A DNA stretch of 36,517 nucleotides from Asterionella formosa (taxonomy: Eukaryota), in contig NKIB01015326.1 of the NCBI GenBank assembly GCA_002256025.1, positions 1 through 36,517 of the forward strand, in the 5' to 3' direction. A program made the translations under genes and the position numbers. Below the pieces are notes generated by a model. It was not told where the DNA came from and ran no database searches. It saw nothing but the letters and a program-made list of their open reading frames with translations. Shown piece after piece: positions 23,855 through 34,883 of the stretch. Each line of letters begins with the position of its first letter. Position 1 is the stretch's first letter.

Positions 23855-24146
23855 TGTTGGAAAAATGCGAGCTGACTGCCACAGGACAGGAGTGAAGGGT
23901 AAAGTAGACACGAGAGAGAAAGTACGGTAAAGCCGGTACCAAGCTGTACCTGGGCTGAATGTTAAAATGCAATGTGAGTAATAAGAGTGTTTCGTGACCA
24001 TTATCTCGAAACAATCCAGTTAGTACTAAAGTGAAAGTTTAAGTTGACGACTTCTTCGTTGCTATCAATTTCATCAACTGTATTCGATTGACACAGTACT
24101 AGGTTCAAGGCCTACGATACGGTCGATTACGGTAGGTGAAACAACA
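23855..24146 (+). repeat. 3' LTR (292 bp)
   Basis: tgttggaaaaatgcgagc...ggtgaaacaaca. About 6 substitutions and 3 indels (46, 4 and 1 bp) versus the 5' LTR. Confidence 0.95.
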
Positions 24147-25546
24147 ATGATGTATCTGATGTTGGTGGCAAGCTTTTGCTCCGGTCATTTATGTGCTCAA
24201 AGGATATTCTAGTTGTATATCCTACATACATGCATGGTACTAAAAACAACTATGCATGGCTTAAGATAAACTTTAACGCATACTTTGAACATGCTATAAT
24301 ATGTATGCTGTAGACTTGGTATCATTCACATGTTCATTGATTTTACATTTGCCCGATTTCGTCCTCACAATTATAATTCTCACTCTATCCTGCCTGCTGT
24401 TGCTCAATTCAGTCTTACAACAGGGACATTTCGACTTTCGTTTGATACCATTGTCTGCTGATTGTTATGCTAGTTCGATTGGATCGGTGAGTATAACAGT
24501 GAAACATGCATGTAGATACTATTTGTCCAATTTGCGATTTGATTGCTTCCATTGTCTGTTTCGATCGCTTCCATCATTGTTTGTCGTTCTGTACTGTTGT
24601 TTAGGTTCAAACTCTTTGAAGATGTATTGTTGTTGATCTTATTTGTTGATTTGTATAGTTGTTGACCATGATGTCAATATTGCTGCCAAGCAATACTTTT
24701 CTTGTACTAATGCGCCTTGCTACCTTTCTACTCAGAGTTTGTATCATAAGCTATGTATCAATATTCAGCTTGAGGGAGTCAATAGTGTAGCAGCCTGGCA
24801 ATCATGCTTGCTAAGAATAGAATGGAATGATCAGGGTTGTTTGGTGGGAGGAACGACTGTGAGCGGAACCACTCCTGCTACTTGGTTGTGTCTGGCTACA
24901 GCTAGCTATGTGCATGGTTGCAGCAACCAGATCATCTACACTACATAACAATGCAGATTTCAGTTGGGCTACGCTTTTTTTGTTCTGTTCTTTATTATTT
25001 TGCTCATTGATTGTGTGATGGCAAGTCAATGTTGGCTGTGTAAGTACTAAAATGCATTCATCTCCACTGAAACTCCTATTTTTTACTTCATTTCTAACCC
25101 AAAACAATTTTTTCTATTTCTCGTTTGATGCTAGTTATTAGATTGCATATCATACTTTGGTTGCTCCAAACATCATGTTCAATTTTCATTGATATTGCAT
25201 GTTACAATCATTCTTGTGCATTTGATGTTTGTGTTACCATTTCTATGCATACTACCATTATTCTGGCTGTCACGCTAAAATCTGCAATTTTAATGCCGAA
25301 AAGTTCCATGTGAACCATATTGCCCCTGAATAAAAATTACTTAACCAATTACCTAGAGCCTAAAAATTACTTGTAAGTACCCAAGCGGCACAGCAATAGC
25401 TGGAACGGAAATTTCCTGAAAAAATAATTGAAAAGAGCAATGGGGACATGAATAAGGATTAGTTTCTAGGTCTCCTCTTAAATTGATTGATATTTCGCAT
25501 TGTGTGACTGATATCATCATAATGAAAGTACAAATAAGATTTGATG

Positions 25547-27547
25547 TTATACATTTCCATAACCAAGGCCAATTATCAGATTGAGGACAAAATTTCCTAA
25601 ACCAGGAAAGAAGCTCACTTTCTCGTACCGGCCCTCAGACTCTTTTACCTTCTTCACAATTTCCAGGATGATAGGTGCTGCATGCTGCATTCCTTGAAAA
25701 GGATCTTCATCTGTAATACTATCTGCTTTGGGTTCACTTATTGTCCTGGTGTTTGTTTTGTTATTCGTTAAGTGTAGGTAATAACCTTCGCTCACTTTCG
25801 AAGTTTGCACTTTCTCAACAAAGCTGTTGAACTCAGAGCGACTCTCAGGTGAGGTGAAATTCGCTTTCAAGTCAGAAACTTTTACTCCAAAGACATTCAT
25901 ATTTGGCTTATTTTTTCTTTCATGACGGGTCATGATCACGTTCAAGGCTTGCTCATCATCCTTGTCTTGGTAGATAGCCAAGAGGGGAATATTGGCGAAA
26001 ATGCATTCTGATAGCAGCTGAGAACCAGCTGATGATGCTATACCATCCGCAATTGCCATAAACGAAACAAAAAGATTTCGATCATAGACTCGGATGATTC
26101 GTGGACCTAGGCGAGTCTCGGAGGGTTTTGAGTTTGCAGGATTCATTACTTTTGTCAATCTACGCCGCTTGATTTTACCATCTCCAAGATTGTCGGTATC
26201 TAGCCCAACTTGTTTTCGCATTTTCACTCTATCTTCCTCGCGGACGATCCATTTCTTGCCAAACAAGGACGACGTTACCTTCGAAGAAGAAGTGGTGTCT
26301 TCAAAACCAGTAGCAAACCAAAATACATCAAAACCCATATTGTGTAGTGCTTTAACGGCCATTTGCCCATCCTTATCACGAAAGTAACAAACAATTGACT
26401 TCCTCAAAGGAATAATTGACGCAGTCCTTGGCAAGTCTTCTTGGCCATACAAAAACAAATTCGTGACTCTATCGTTGTGCTCCATTATTTGATAGGATTT
26501 TCTGTATTTGGTCATTTTGACAAACTCAGGTCGTAATGGTGGTCTTGCGACTGCAGCAGTTGGCTTGCTTGTTTCTAAGTTCACGAAATTGGTCCCAATC
26601 TGCCAAGAGGTGAACATTGAGGCTCGTTGATTGAGCGTCGCTTGCTTATTCCAAGCCTTACTGTAATACGGATCTTGAGCAATGTATTCAGGTTTGTTTG
26701 CAACCGCGAACAGCTGGCCATGTGATATACCCACAGAAGGTATCCCACCAATCTCTGCTCGCAGCATACCAGGTAGGTCGCCATCAGTGATGACTAACAT
26801 AGGATATCGAGACGTTTGTGCCGCAACCTCGCAATCTCCCATAATTCTCTCTAACAGCAACGAGAGACTTGAAACAGGACCAAATGTTGGTAAGAGTGTC
26901 TTGACTGATATTGCTGTTGTAGATCCTGTAGTCGTTTTGGGGGCTACATAGTCCCGAAAGAAATTCCAAACGGTGGATCGGCCAATGAACATTCGTACAT
27001 CTATCCCTGCTTCGTTCAGGGCTTCGATTACTGCCATCGATCTTACGTAGTGCCCGTTTCCTCTTGCGTGTACATAGTACTCAACAAGTGGGTGCTGAAA
27101 CAGATCATGACCCCGAGGAGGAGCACACAACTGCGCAGCATCGACATAAAATGATCTGACAATCACCACTAACCAAAAAATCAGGAAGGAACCGCTAGCG
27201 GCAAGGGCGTATGCAACATACTTGGCGTAAGTTGACAATCGTCTACGAAAGGAAGGAGCATGGTGTTGCATGTAGCGACAAAGGATTCTCAACATATCGG
27301 CGAAAATCTGACTAATCCTCGGCACTTCGTCGCCTCCGCCGTATCGAACTTGGCGTTGGTAATTCCCTTGCTGATTCCGAGTAATGGACCGCTTCTTTGG
27401 ACGTCTCTGTCTAATGGGTCTATTTGAGAATGGAGAACCAAATGCAATCGCGACTCTTGGCTCTGAATCTGCTCTTTCGTCGAACGAGAACGATCTGGAC
27501 GGGCTGAATGAATCGTTTGGAGGGGTGGATTTGGCATCGTCCTCCAT
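25547..27547 (-). CDS. Type II membrane GT-B glycosyltransferase (GT28-like / MJ1255-like)
   Basis: One TM helix (YVAYALAASGSFLIFWLVVIV), then YYVHARGNGHYVRS, LVITDGD, GIPSVGISHG and ADGIASSAGSQLLSECIFANIPLLAI..DEQALN. First ATG at 27547 (the track starts at TTG 27646). The 3' end may be spliced at AAA|GTGAGC near 25618. Confidence 0.78.
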   Translation of the reverse strand: MEDDAKSTPPNDSFSPSRSFSFDERADSEPRVAIAFGSPFSNRPIRQRRPKKRSITRNQQGNYQRQVRYGGGDEVPRISQIFADMLRILCRYMQHHAPSFRRRLSTYAKYVAYALAASGSFLIFWLVVIVRSFYVDAAQLCAPPRGHDLFQHPLVEYYVHARGNGHYVRSMAVIEALNEAGIDVRMFIGRSTVWNFFRDYVAPKTTTGSTTAISVKTLLPTFGPVSSLSLLLERIMGDCEVAAQTSRYPMLVITDGDLPGMLRAEIGGIPSVGISHGQLFAVANKPEYIAQDPYYSKAWNKQATLNQRASMFTSWQIGTNFVNLETSKPTAAVARPPLRPEFVKMTKYRKSYQIMEHNDRVTNLFLYGQEDLPRTASIIPLRKSIVCYFRDKDGQMAVKALHNMGFDVFWFATGFEDTTSSSKVTSSLFGKKWIVREEDRVKMRKQVGLDTDNLGDGKIKRRRLTKVMNPANSKPSETRLGPRIIRVYDRNLFVSFMAIADGIASSAGSQLLSECIFANIPLLAIYQDKDDEQALNVIMTRHERKNKPNMNVFGVKVSDLKANFTSPESRSEFNSFVEKVQTSKVSEGYYLHLTNNKTNTRTISEPKADSITDEDPFQGMQHAAPIILEIVKKVKESEGRYEKVSFFPGLGNFVLNLIIGLGYGNV

Positions 27548-28397
27548 TCTAACGTAACTGCAAATCCCTGTATTATTTTCAGCTGGGACTCTGAACTCGA
27601 TTTGATTGCCTTCGAAAGTAAAGCCTTTGCTCGGAGAAATTTCCAACAGTATATATACCGGTAGTTGTCTTGGCTGGCACGATCAACTGATGGTACATTG
27701 AGGCCAAAAGGGAATAAAATTTTTGGCTTGCTTGCGTTTACCCTTTCCTTGTGCGCAGGAGTGTGTGGTATAACAAGGTCGCACTGGATATTACTCAGTG
27801 GGTATAATGAATTATGTATTTTCACCGAGTTTTTGTGGTTCAGCCATGAGCTTGTCTGATATACCGGTATTCAACGTACGTACCGGTATTTCTTAGTAGA
27901 TATTACACGATAATTTGTCCGCTATCATACTCCCTTGCTGTTCATCCACGACTAATTCACAAAAAGCATTGTTCTTCTGCTTATTCATGTACGGTACCTG
28001 GCAATCACTTTGTACTCGCTTACCAGTGCCCAGTTACGCATCGGTGCCTTGTAGTCTGGTCTAGCACTGGCATGTATACGTGAAAAACATCATTCAGCTC
28101 AACGGCCTTGTGATTGCCAATCCATGTACTTGGATGGTAGGATTTTTGGGGTTGAACAAGGTTCGATTACGATTGGAGTGTATTTATGGGCACATCGCTG
28201 TACCAGTACACCTACAAACTTCGTTAGCAGTACTCCATATGTAACCTTACCCTGTCTCTAAATTCTACAACTATAGCCTGTGCCCAATCAACAAGTAGGC
28301 AATCTATAAGAAGCAGTTGGCTGCAATAGCACTAACAGGCGTCCTAGCCTTCCCATCGAACTTACACCAACCCCCTGCCCTGCCAAGGTACTGCTCC

Positions 28398-29751
28398 TTA
28401 ATCTACTGCAACCAACAACACCGCAGTTGCTATCAGAGCTCCCCCAAGATAACCGGCTGGGCCCAGCTTCTCCCCCAGAAGGCCAAATGCAAAAAGTGCA
28501 GTGCACAATGGTTGAATTGTATAGATCAAATTGGCTGTGATAGGCTCAACACGCGATTGCCCAAATGACTGAGCTGTTATGGTATATGCCACGGGTATAA
28601 GCCCAGTCCATATGACAGCCCCGATTGTGGGGTATAGTGCTGACATTGAAATTGAACCATCTGAGAACGCCTCTGTCAAAGAAGTGACATAATTAAATAT
28701 TTCCTGACCTGCATCCACAGCGTAACCCATCGACCCGTCCTTGGAAGCCCCAGCCAAAGACAACAAAGCCAAGTTAAAAGAGAGACACAGAATCAACTCA
28801 GTTGTTGCCTTTGCTGCACCAAGTTTGATAGCCGATGTTTCCTTCGCAAATTGCTCAAGTCGGATGCAGTGAAATGTATATGAGAAGGCAGCGGCAACAA
28901 TCAACCAGTCGCCTTGTGAAAGATTTTGAAGAGACGGTAGAGACATGGACAAATCGCCTTGTGAAACCTCCTGCCCGTCCAAACCGATGACTGCAACTCC
29001 GAATAACGCGACGAAGCAAGCAGCCCAAGTTTTGAGAGAAATAAAGGAAATGTCAAGACGAATTGCAGCTTGTACCAAGGGTACAAAAATCTATTAAGGT
29101 TCGGTAAGTGTTAGGAGATTTTAGAAGTTTTCGAGGTCTGCAATGTATACTCACAGTTGTTAATTGAAGTAGAAATGCAGCTCGATCAGATGGAACTGTT
29201 TGCAGACCGATAACTTGTAGCGCATTACCAAAAAATAAATATGAGCCAAGTTCAAGGCCTCCTCGTATGGGCAGAGTTCTTCCTTCGCACTGCACTGACT
29301 TTTCAACACTGTCGGCACCTCTTGGATGATTTGTATCAACTAGTGTTAACAATAATAGTGAAACAGCTGCTACCAGATAGTATCCGGCAGAAAAGACAAG
29401 CCCAGGCATTGCTGGCTTAATAGCGTATACATATCTGACTGCAGGCTCAAACGTTCCCCATGCCAATGGAACAGTTAGAAGCACCAAGAGACCGACTTTC
29501 CTCTCATTTGACGACTTGTAGTCTTCCTTTAAACTTAAAAATCTTGCGCTCGTCAAAGTCACTTTACAGCATGCTCCTTTCGAGTCGATGCACATTAGAC
29601 TATTGCGATTATATTGTGCTCTGCTGCTCGAAGAACATCGATTCATAAATTTCTTGAGAGGCGAGGATAGCTTGCTAACTTGCAATGAGTGAGATAATCC
29701 AATAAACGCAGTCAACAGTAACATGGGGATCCATCCTCTTGCCGTGATCAT
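28398..29751 (-). CDS. EamA/DMT-family transporter, paralogue 1 (exons 29751-29155 and 29090-28398; 64-bp intron; 429 aa), possibly plastid-targeted
   Basis: VPLAWGT, GGLELG.YLF.GN.LQ.IGL..V.SDRAAFLLQLTT|IFVPL, GDWLI, AYTI.AQSFGQ, ANLIYTIQPLCTALFA..LLGE. Donor ACT|GTGAGT, acceptor TTAATAG|ATT. Signal-like N-terminus followed by a Ser/Lys/Arg-rich stretch. Confidence 0.9.
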
Positions 29752-30545
29752 CGAATATCTCAATATTGTGCAAGAACCAAGAGCTAAAGAATGATTGACA
29801 AATTATTGTTTTGTTGCTGTCAGCACTGCTCCAACTGGTTTTTCGTTTTTCTCCGTGATGCTTTCGATGTCAGCGGATTTGAGCGAAACGATGGTGAGTT
29901 TACTCTTTTCAATTGCCGGGGTATATTTCTTTTAAGGGGGTGTGAGAAACGGGGTTGATCCATTGGTCACATCCCAGGCTACAGTAGAATTAAACTTTTG
30001 GTAAACATTTTTCTCTTTGTCCAGCAACAATTGGGTTTGTCGTGATTTGCAATGCAGCTGTTAATATTGTGTTTCCACTTTCCTTTACTACGGACGAAGG
30101 GTGATGTGATTACCGGTAGTTATTTTACACATACATAATAGCCATCATATGTGTCATATATCACCAGTCCAACCAACAAAACAATAATTTGTCAATCATT
30201 CTTTAGCTCTTGGTTCTTGCACAATATTGAGATATTCGATGATCACGGCAAGAGGATGGATCCCCATGTTACTGTTGACTGCGTTTATTGGATTATCTCA
30301 CTCATTGCAAGTTAGCAAGCTATCCTCGCCTCTCAAGAAATTTATGAATCGATGTTTATATAATGTTTAATTCTACTGTAGCCTGGGATGTTACCAATGG
30401 ATCAACCCCGTTTCTCACACCCCTTGAAAAGAAATATAACCCAGCAATTGAAAAGAATAAACTCACCATTGTTTCGCTCAAATCCGCTGACATCGAAAGC
30501 ATCACTGAGAAAAGCAAACAAAAGACCGGTTGGAGCAGTGCTGAC
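29634..30545. repeat. Complex inverted duplication A-B-spacer-A'-B'
   Basis: A (29634-29816) is the reverse complement of A' (30174-30356), 183 bp, no mismatch seen. B (29819-29995) is the reverse complement of B' (30365-30545), roughly 90% identical. Confidence 0.93.
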
Positions 30546-30589
30546 TTCGAAAGCAAGCTCACTCAACCACAGAAAGACAATACTGTGTT

Positions 30590-30945
30590 GTTCGATCTGT
30601 TGCCAGCCCACCGCGCTCATAAACTCGACCTCTTGCTGGCTGGCCTCTACCCGTGGCTGCAAATACCCCCCCCCCCTTAAAAAATGGCAGCAACTGCTTG
30701 GCGAACTTGGCAGTGTGCTCCCTGCTCTGCCCGGTAGTCATGGCCTTTTCAGTCTCTTCCAACATGCACTTACCTTGGCCACACAAAAACAAAGCGTGAA
30801 GCTCACCCCTGCAGTCCCCGTATTCCTTCATGACTTCCACCACCTGGTTGACACCATTCATGCCCACCCTGCCCATCTATGCGAGCTAGTCCCCACCGCT
30901 CCCACGTTCATCGGTGCATGCGACGCTGCCGGCCTGGGCATGGGC
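30590..30945 (+). mobile_element. Fragment of RT-connection/RNase H of a DIRS/Ngaro-like (tyrosine recombinase) retroelement
   Basis: KKWQQLLGEL.S..PALPGS.GLFS.FQ.AL ... ELVPTAPTFIGACDAAGLGMG resembles the first RNase H motif (DAS..G.G) of DIRS-type elements. C-rich composition unlike the flanks. Confidence 0.6.
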
Positions 30946-31659
30946 AACCTTCAAGCCCAGCCAGTCATGCGTGGTGACCTTGCCCGGCAGATTCTAATTG
31001 GTGGGAATTATTCCTTGATCCCTAGACAGGACATCCCTGATGCCCTACAGGATCTATCCATCCCAATCATCCCTTCTTAATGAAACCCCACCCCTGTTCT
31101 TGCATCTGGCCCAAATGGCGGACATCTAGTCTACGGACATTAGTCACTGTGGTGGAGGCGGAAATTCATAGTAAATTTGCCTTGACCACCAAGACTCATT
31201 ATCCTACCGCTAGGCCCCAAACTTTTCCTTATTCTAAGGTTGAATAGAAGAGGCAGTCCTAGGCAAAGGAGCAGAGGCCACAAATGTGTGCTGTATAATT
31301 AATTTCATACGGCTTGTACCAGGTAGCTGTTGGCTGTCCAGTATAAATCCATAGGTACATATGTATTGGTCATACATATTTCCACCATACTGTGCCTTTT
31401 CACTATTGAATGACTTAACTTCCCTGGGGTATGTTGTAATATTTCTCTGATCCGTACCTGGTACTGGTACTATTACTGGTATTAAAATTGGTAGGCGCAA
31501 AGATTTTTGAAAACAGTTTTTTTGAAAGATTTTAATTTTTAATCATCCTTAAATATTATATATATCAAAGGTGATGCCACATCATCCCGAACACAAAGTG
31601 GGGTTTAACAACCAATGATTGGCTCAGCATACGATGAAGGGTCCTGAAACATTTACCTA

Positions 31660-33015
31660 TTATTGCATTGGCTCCTCTACTTTTGATCCGGGAACGTCTG
31701 ATTGTCGCTTCTCTTGCTCTTCTGTACCCATGTTATAGGCAACAAGGTAAATTGCTGAAGCTATTAGTGCACCTCCAACTACCCCAGCGCTACCTAGAGT
31801 CTCTCCAAGCAGCCACCACGCAAAAAGAGCTGTGAATAGGGGTTGCATGCTATAGATCAAGTTGGCTTCTGTTGGGCCCAGTTGAGACTGTCCGAACGTT
31901 TGTGCAGATATGGTGTATGCGCAAGTTACCCAACCAGTCCATAATGTTGCACCAACAGCAGGTATCACAATTGTTGATGGAATAGCACCTGATGCAATCT
32001 TTTCTGAAATTATCGAAAAGAAAGTCAATATTTCTCGACCAGCTTCTTGGGCGTACAAAAGGGAACCTGTTTCAGTAGAATCCCCTCCAACTGACACGAG
32101 AAATGCGACCAGCGAGATGCTGAGGACAGCTTCAGTTGTAGCTTTGCATGCTCCTAATTTGAACGGCGTTGTGTCCCGTGCATATTTGCCCAACCTGACG
32201 ACATGCAGTGTGTACACAAATGCAGCCATGATAATGAGAAGATCGCCTTGGGAGAAGCCAGCAAGCAGAGCCGAGAAGCTAACAACGTTGTTAGTTCCAT
32301 CCATACCCATAACAATGACCCCTCCAAACGCTAGCAAACATGCGATCCAAGTTTTAGCTGTTATATTCGTCAGCTTGCCTTCAAGAGCCCCCGAAACCAA
32401 GGGCACCATAACGGTAGTGAGTTGAACAAGAAAACCTGCACGATCTGAAGAAACAGTTTTGAGTCCCAAAATTTGCAACCCATTTCCCAGAAACAGATAA
32501 GTGCCAAGCTCAAGACCACCAACGATAGGAAGTCTACTATCAATACTCGATGCGGCCACAGTGAGTGGTGGGCGCGAGTCGGGCTCATGCTCGTCCATTG
32601 TATCTAGTTGGCCGATTTGTGCACAAACCAAAAATATTAAAGTCAGCGATGCGACTGAATAGTATGCTGCCGAGAATACAAAGCCGGGGACTGGTGGCTG
32701 TATTTCGTATAAGTAGCGGACAACTGGAACATAGGTTCCCCATGCTAACGGAACTGTCATAAGAACTAAGAAACCTTGGGCTCGATCTGAAATTCCGATG
32801 TTTTGGTCTTCATTTCTTTTGCTACTTTTCAAAATTATTGAGCATCGTTGGTTAACATTTTTGTCAGAAATTGTAAATATCACTTTGGAGCTTGGTTGTT
32901 CAAAATGGAGTGGGGACCTTGCAACTATTGGTTCACGAATTGAGAAGGGTTCCCCTCGTTCAAGGAGAATGATCGATGCCAAAATGAATAACAGTAAATT
33001 CCTTTCCTTAATCAT
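31660..33015 (-). CDS. EamA/DMT-family transporter, paralogue 2 (intronless, 451 aa), possibly plastid-targeted
   Basis: Same motifs as paralogue 1. First ATG at 33015, MIKERNLLLFILASIILLERGEP-F, reads as a signal peptide followed by Phe. Confidence 0.9.
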   Translation of the reverse strand: MIKERNLLLFILASIILLERGEPFSIREPIVARSPLHFEQPSSKVIFTISDKNVNQRCSIILKSSKRNEDQNIGISDRAQGFLVLMTVPLAWGTYVPVVRYLYEIQPPVPGFVFSAAYYSVASLTLIFLVCAQIGQLDTMDEHEPDSRPPLTVAASSIDSRLPIVGGLELGTYLFLGNGLQILGLKTVSSDRAGFLVQLTTVMVPLVSGALEGKLTNITAKTWIACLLAFGGVIVMGMDGTNNVVSFSALLAGFSQGDLLIIMAAFVYTLHVVRLGKYARDTTPFKLGACKATTEAVLSISLVAFLVSVGGDSTETGSLLYAQEAGREILTFFSIISEKIASGAIPSTIVIPAVGATLWTGWVTCAYTISAQTFGQSQLGPTEANLIYSMQPLFTALFAWWLLGETLGSAGVVGGALIASAIYLVAYNMGTEEQEKRQSDVPGSKVEEPMQ

Positions 33016-34187
33016 GGTCGAGCAACGGAGGCGGGGAGGCGGAAATACGGCAGAATGTCGAAACGATGGATGGATGTTGGAATATGTCAGCCGCAACAAC
33101 CAGAAATACTACCGGTACCGGTATCTGCATTCAGGCCTCGTCCAAAAATCCATCTATAGCTAATATCAGTATATAATAAATGTTAGAACATCATTCATAC
33201 CCGAATATTCTTACATTATTAAATATGTGTTTATTAATTAAAAGTTTTCATGGTATACCGGTATGTACGGTACTACTGCAGTGTGTATTTACTTACATAG
33301 TACAGACTGCCCAACCAGCGTGTATCGAGGAATTTTTCGACATTTTCCGCGACTACAAAAGTCAACACGGAAAATCGCTTGTTGTTCAAAAAGCCGTACG
33401 CGAATTTCAATTGTTGGTCGTCCTGACCAGTTCCAATTGGCGCGCTTCTCACCATGGATAGCAGGGCTCGTTGTGGAGTACTTCCGATGGAGAGATTGCA
33501 AAACGAGGCCTCATGGGTTGAGGAATCTGCCATTTCCATAACAACGGGATTATAATTGAGTCATTTGAGTCAAAGGACGCGAAACAACAAGCATGATTAT
33601 GCTTTGATATGGTGCATGTAATTATGTGATTATTAACTATGTATGCTCTGTCTTCAGTCATCAGCTGTGCTTCCATCATGTACACCATCACTCAAGCGAT
33701 TTTCAATTTAAGAAGGCAGTCCATTTAGCTAAACACCACACATCAATCAACAGTGCACAAGAAGGTTTACGTTTGTTGCTGTGGTGGGAGGATGCGTTGT
33801 CTGGCTGCAAGAGCAATCAAGCCAATTCCGCTTGCTTATTGCCATGAGCATATGTGATGTTGATCAAGCAGCCTTGGCGACTTCAGCAGCTAAATGTGTG
33901 GGCATATTTGGCATCATTTAGTCAGTTTGCTTGCACCTTTGCATCTTTGCTCTCCATTAGGGGTGGGTTTCCCACTGTTGCTTACATTTTTCTCTTGTTG
34001 CTACTACTGGTTCTCCATGTATGATGATTCAACAAAACCGAAATCTCATGCTATTTTAATGGCCTCGACCTCCCTGGAATGTTTCCATTTCTTTTGGAAC
34101 ATTTGCATTTACATTAGGACTGCTGAGATACAGTCGTCTTTCCACTGTACTCTGAAACAAGAACAACAAGGGAAATATTGTGGGACC

Positions 34188-34790
34188 CAATTGAATTCGT
34201 TAATTCGTTAGAAAAACAGCTGTTGCATATTTTAATATTCAGTGCATCATGTCGCCATAGTGCTTCAAATTGAGATTTGCCGCAATGGCCTTCTCCTGTT
34301 CGGAGCGGATACAAATAGTCTACAGTGATAACTCCAACAAGTACAATATAGAAAAAAGGAAAGGATGAGTAGCTGAGAACAAGTAAATTCGTAAATTCGT
34401 TTTGAAACAGCTGTTGCATATTTTAACATTCAATGCATGTCGCCATACTAGTGAGTCAAAATCGAGATGTGCCGCAATGGCCTTCTCCTCTTTGGAGCAG
34501 CTACAAATAGTCTACAGCGATAACCTTAGCGAGCACAATACAGAAGAAAGAGAAGGAAATTATGAGTAGCTGAGAACAATTGAATTCGTAAATTCGTTAA
34601 GAAACAGCTGTTGCCTATTTTAACATTCAATGCATGCATGTCACCATACTAGTGCTTCGAAATTGAGATTTGCCGCAATGGCCTTCTCCTTTCCGAAGCA
34701 GCTATAAATAGTCTCAAGCTGTAACTCTAGCAAGCACAATATATCAAAACAAGCACTTTATGACTAGCTGTCAATGATTGAATTAGTAAA
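34188..34790 (+). repeat. Tandem repeat, 3 units of about 192-198 bp
   Basis: Units start near 34188, 34380 and 34577. Shared blocks aaacagctgttgc.tattttaa, gccgcaatggccttctcct, aaatagtct, atga.tagctg. Followed by (tcagtaata)x3 at 34791-34817. Confidence 0.92.
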
Positions 34791-34883
34791 TCAGTAATAT
34801 CAGTAATATCAGTAATAATTTTGGTTCCTAGTTCATCTGCCCTTTCACAATAGTCAATTCGTCAAAATTGAAATTCATTTTCA

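Larger units (their letters stand above)
19568..23930 (+). pseudogene. Copia gag-pol polyprotein, 5' part of gag apparently missing, with multiple stops and frameshifts
   Basis: Zinc knuckle CYNCQSLGHYVGDC; protease ILLDSQST; integrase LCADFFFV..HADRE..EVERSIRSIKE; RT LKGRTVANG, ADVVGAYL, WYVDDNKISH; RNase H VHPDMKSHTG, EAEFVGASD, QDNESAI. Stops at 21851, 22693, 22990 and about 23032; frameshifts near 22107, 23240, 23613 and 23745. Confidence 0.95.
18972..24146 (+). mobile_element. Ty1/copia LTR retrotransposon (diatom CoDi-like), 5175 bp, disabled
   Basis: Two TG...CA LTRs, 5-bp TSD ATGAT (18967-18971 and 24147-24151), copia domain order gag-PR-INT-RT-RH, purine-rich tract before the 3' LTR. 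Confidence 0.97.

Noticed and set aside
24301..25313. Several hydrophobic short ORFs right of the 3' LTR
   Set aside because: T-rich compositional bias explains them, and no coherent gene model emerges.
34188..34790. CRISPR-like array
   Set aside because: Whole units of about 195 bp are homologous, there are no unique spacers or cas genes, and the context is eukaryotic.
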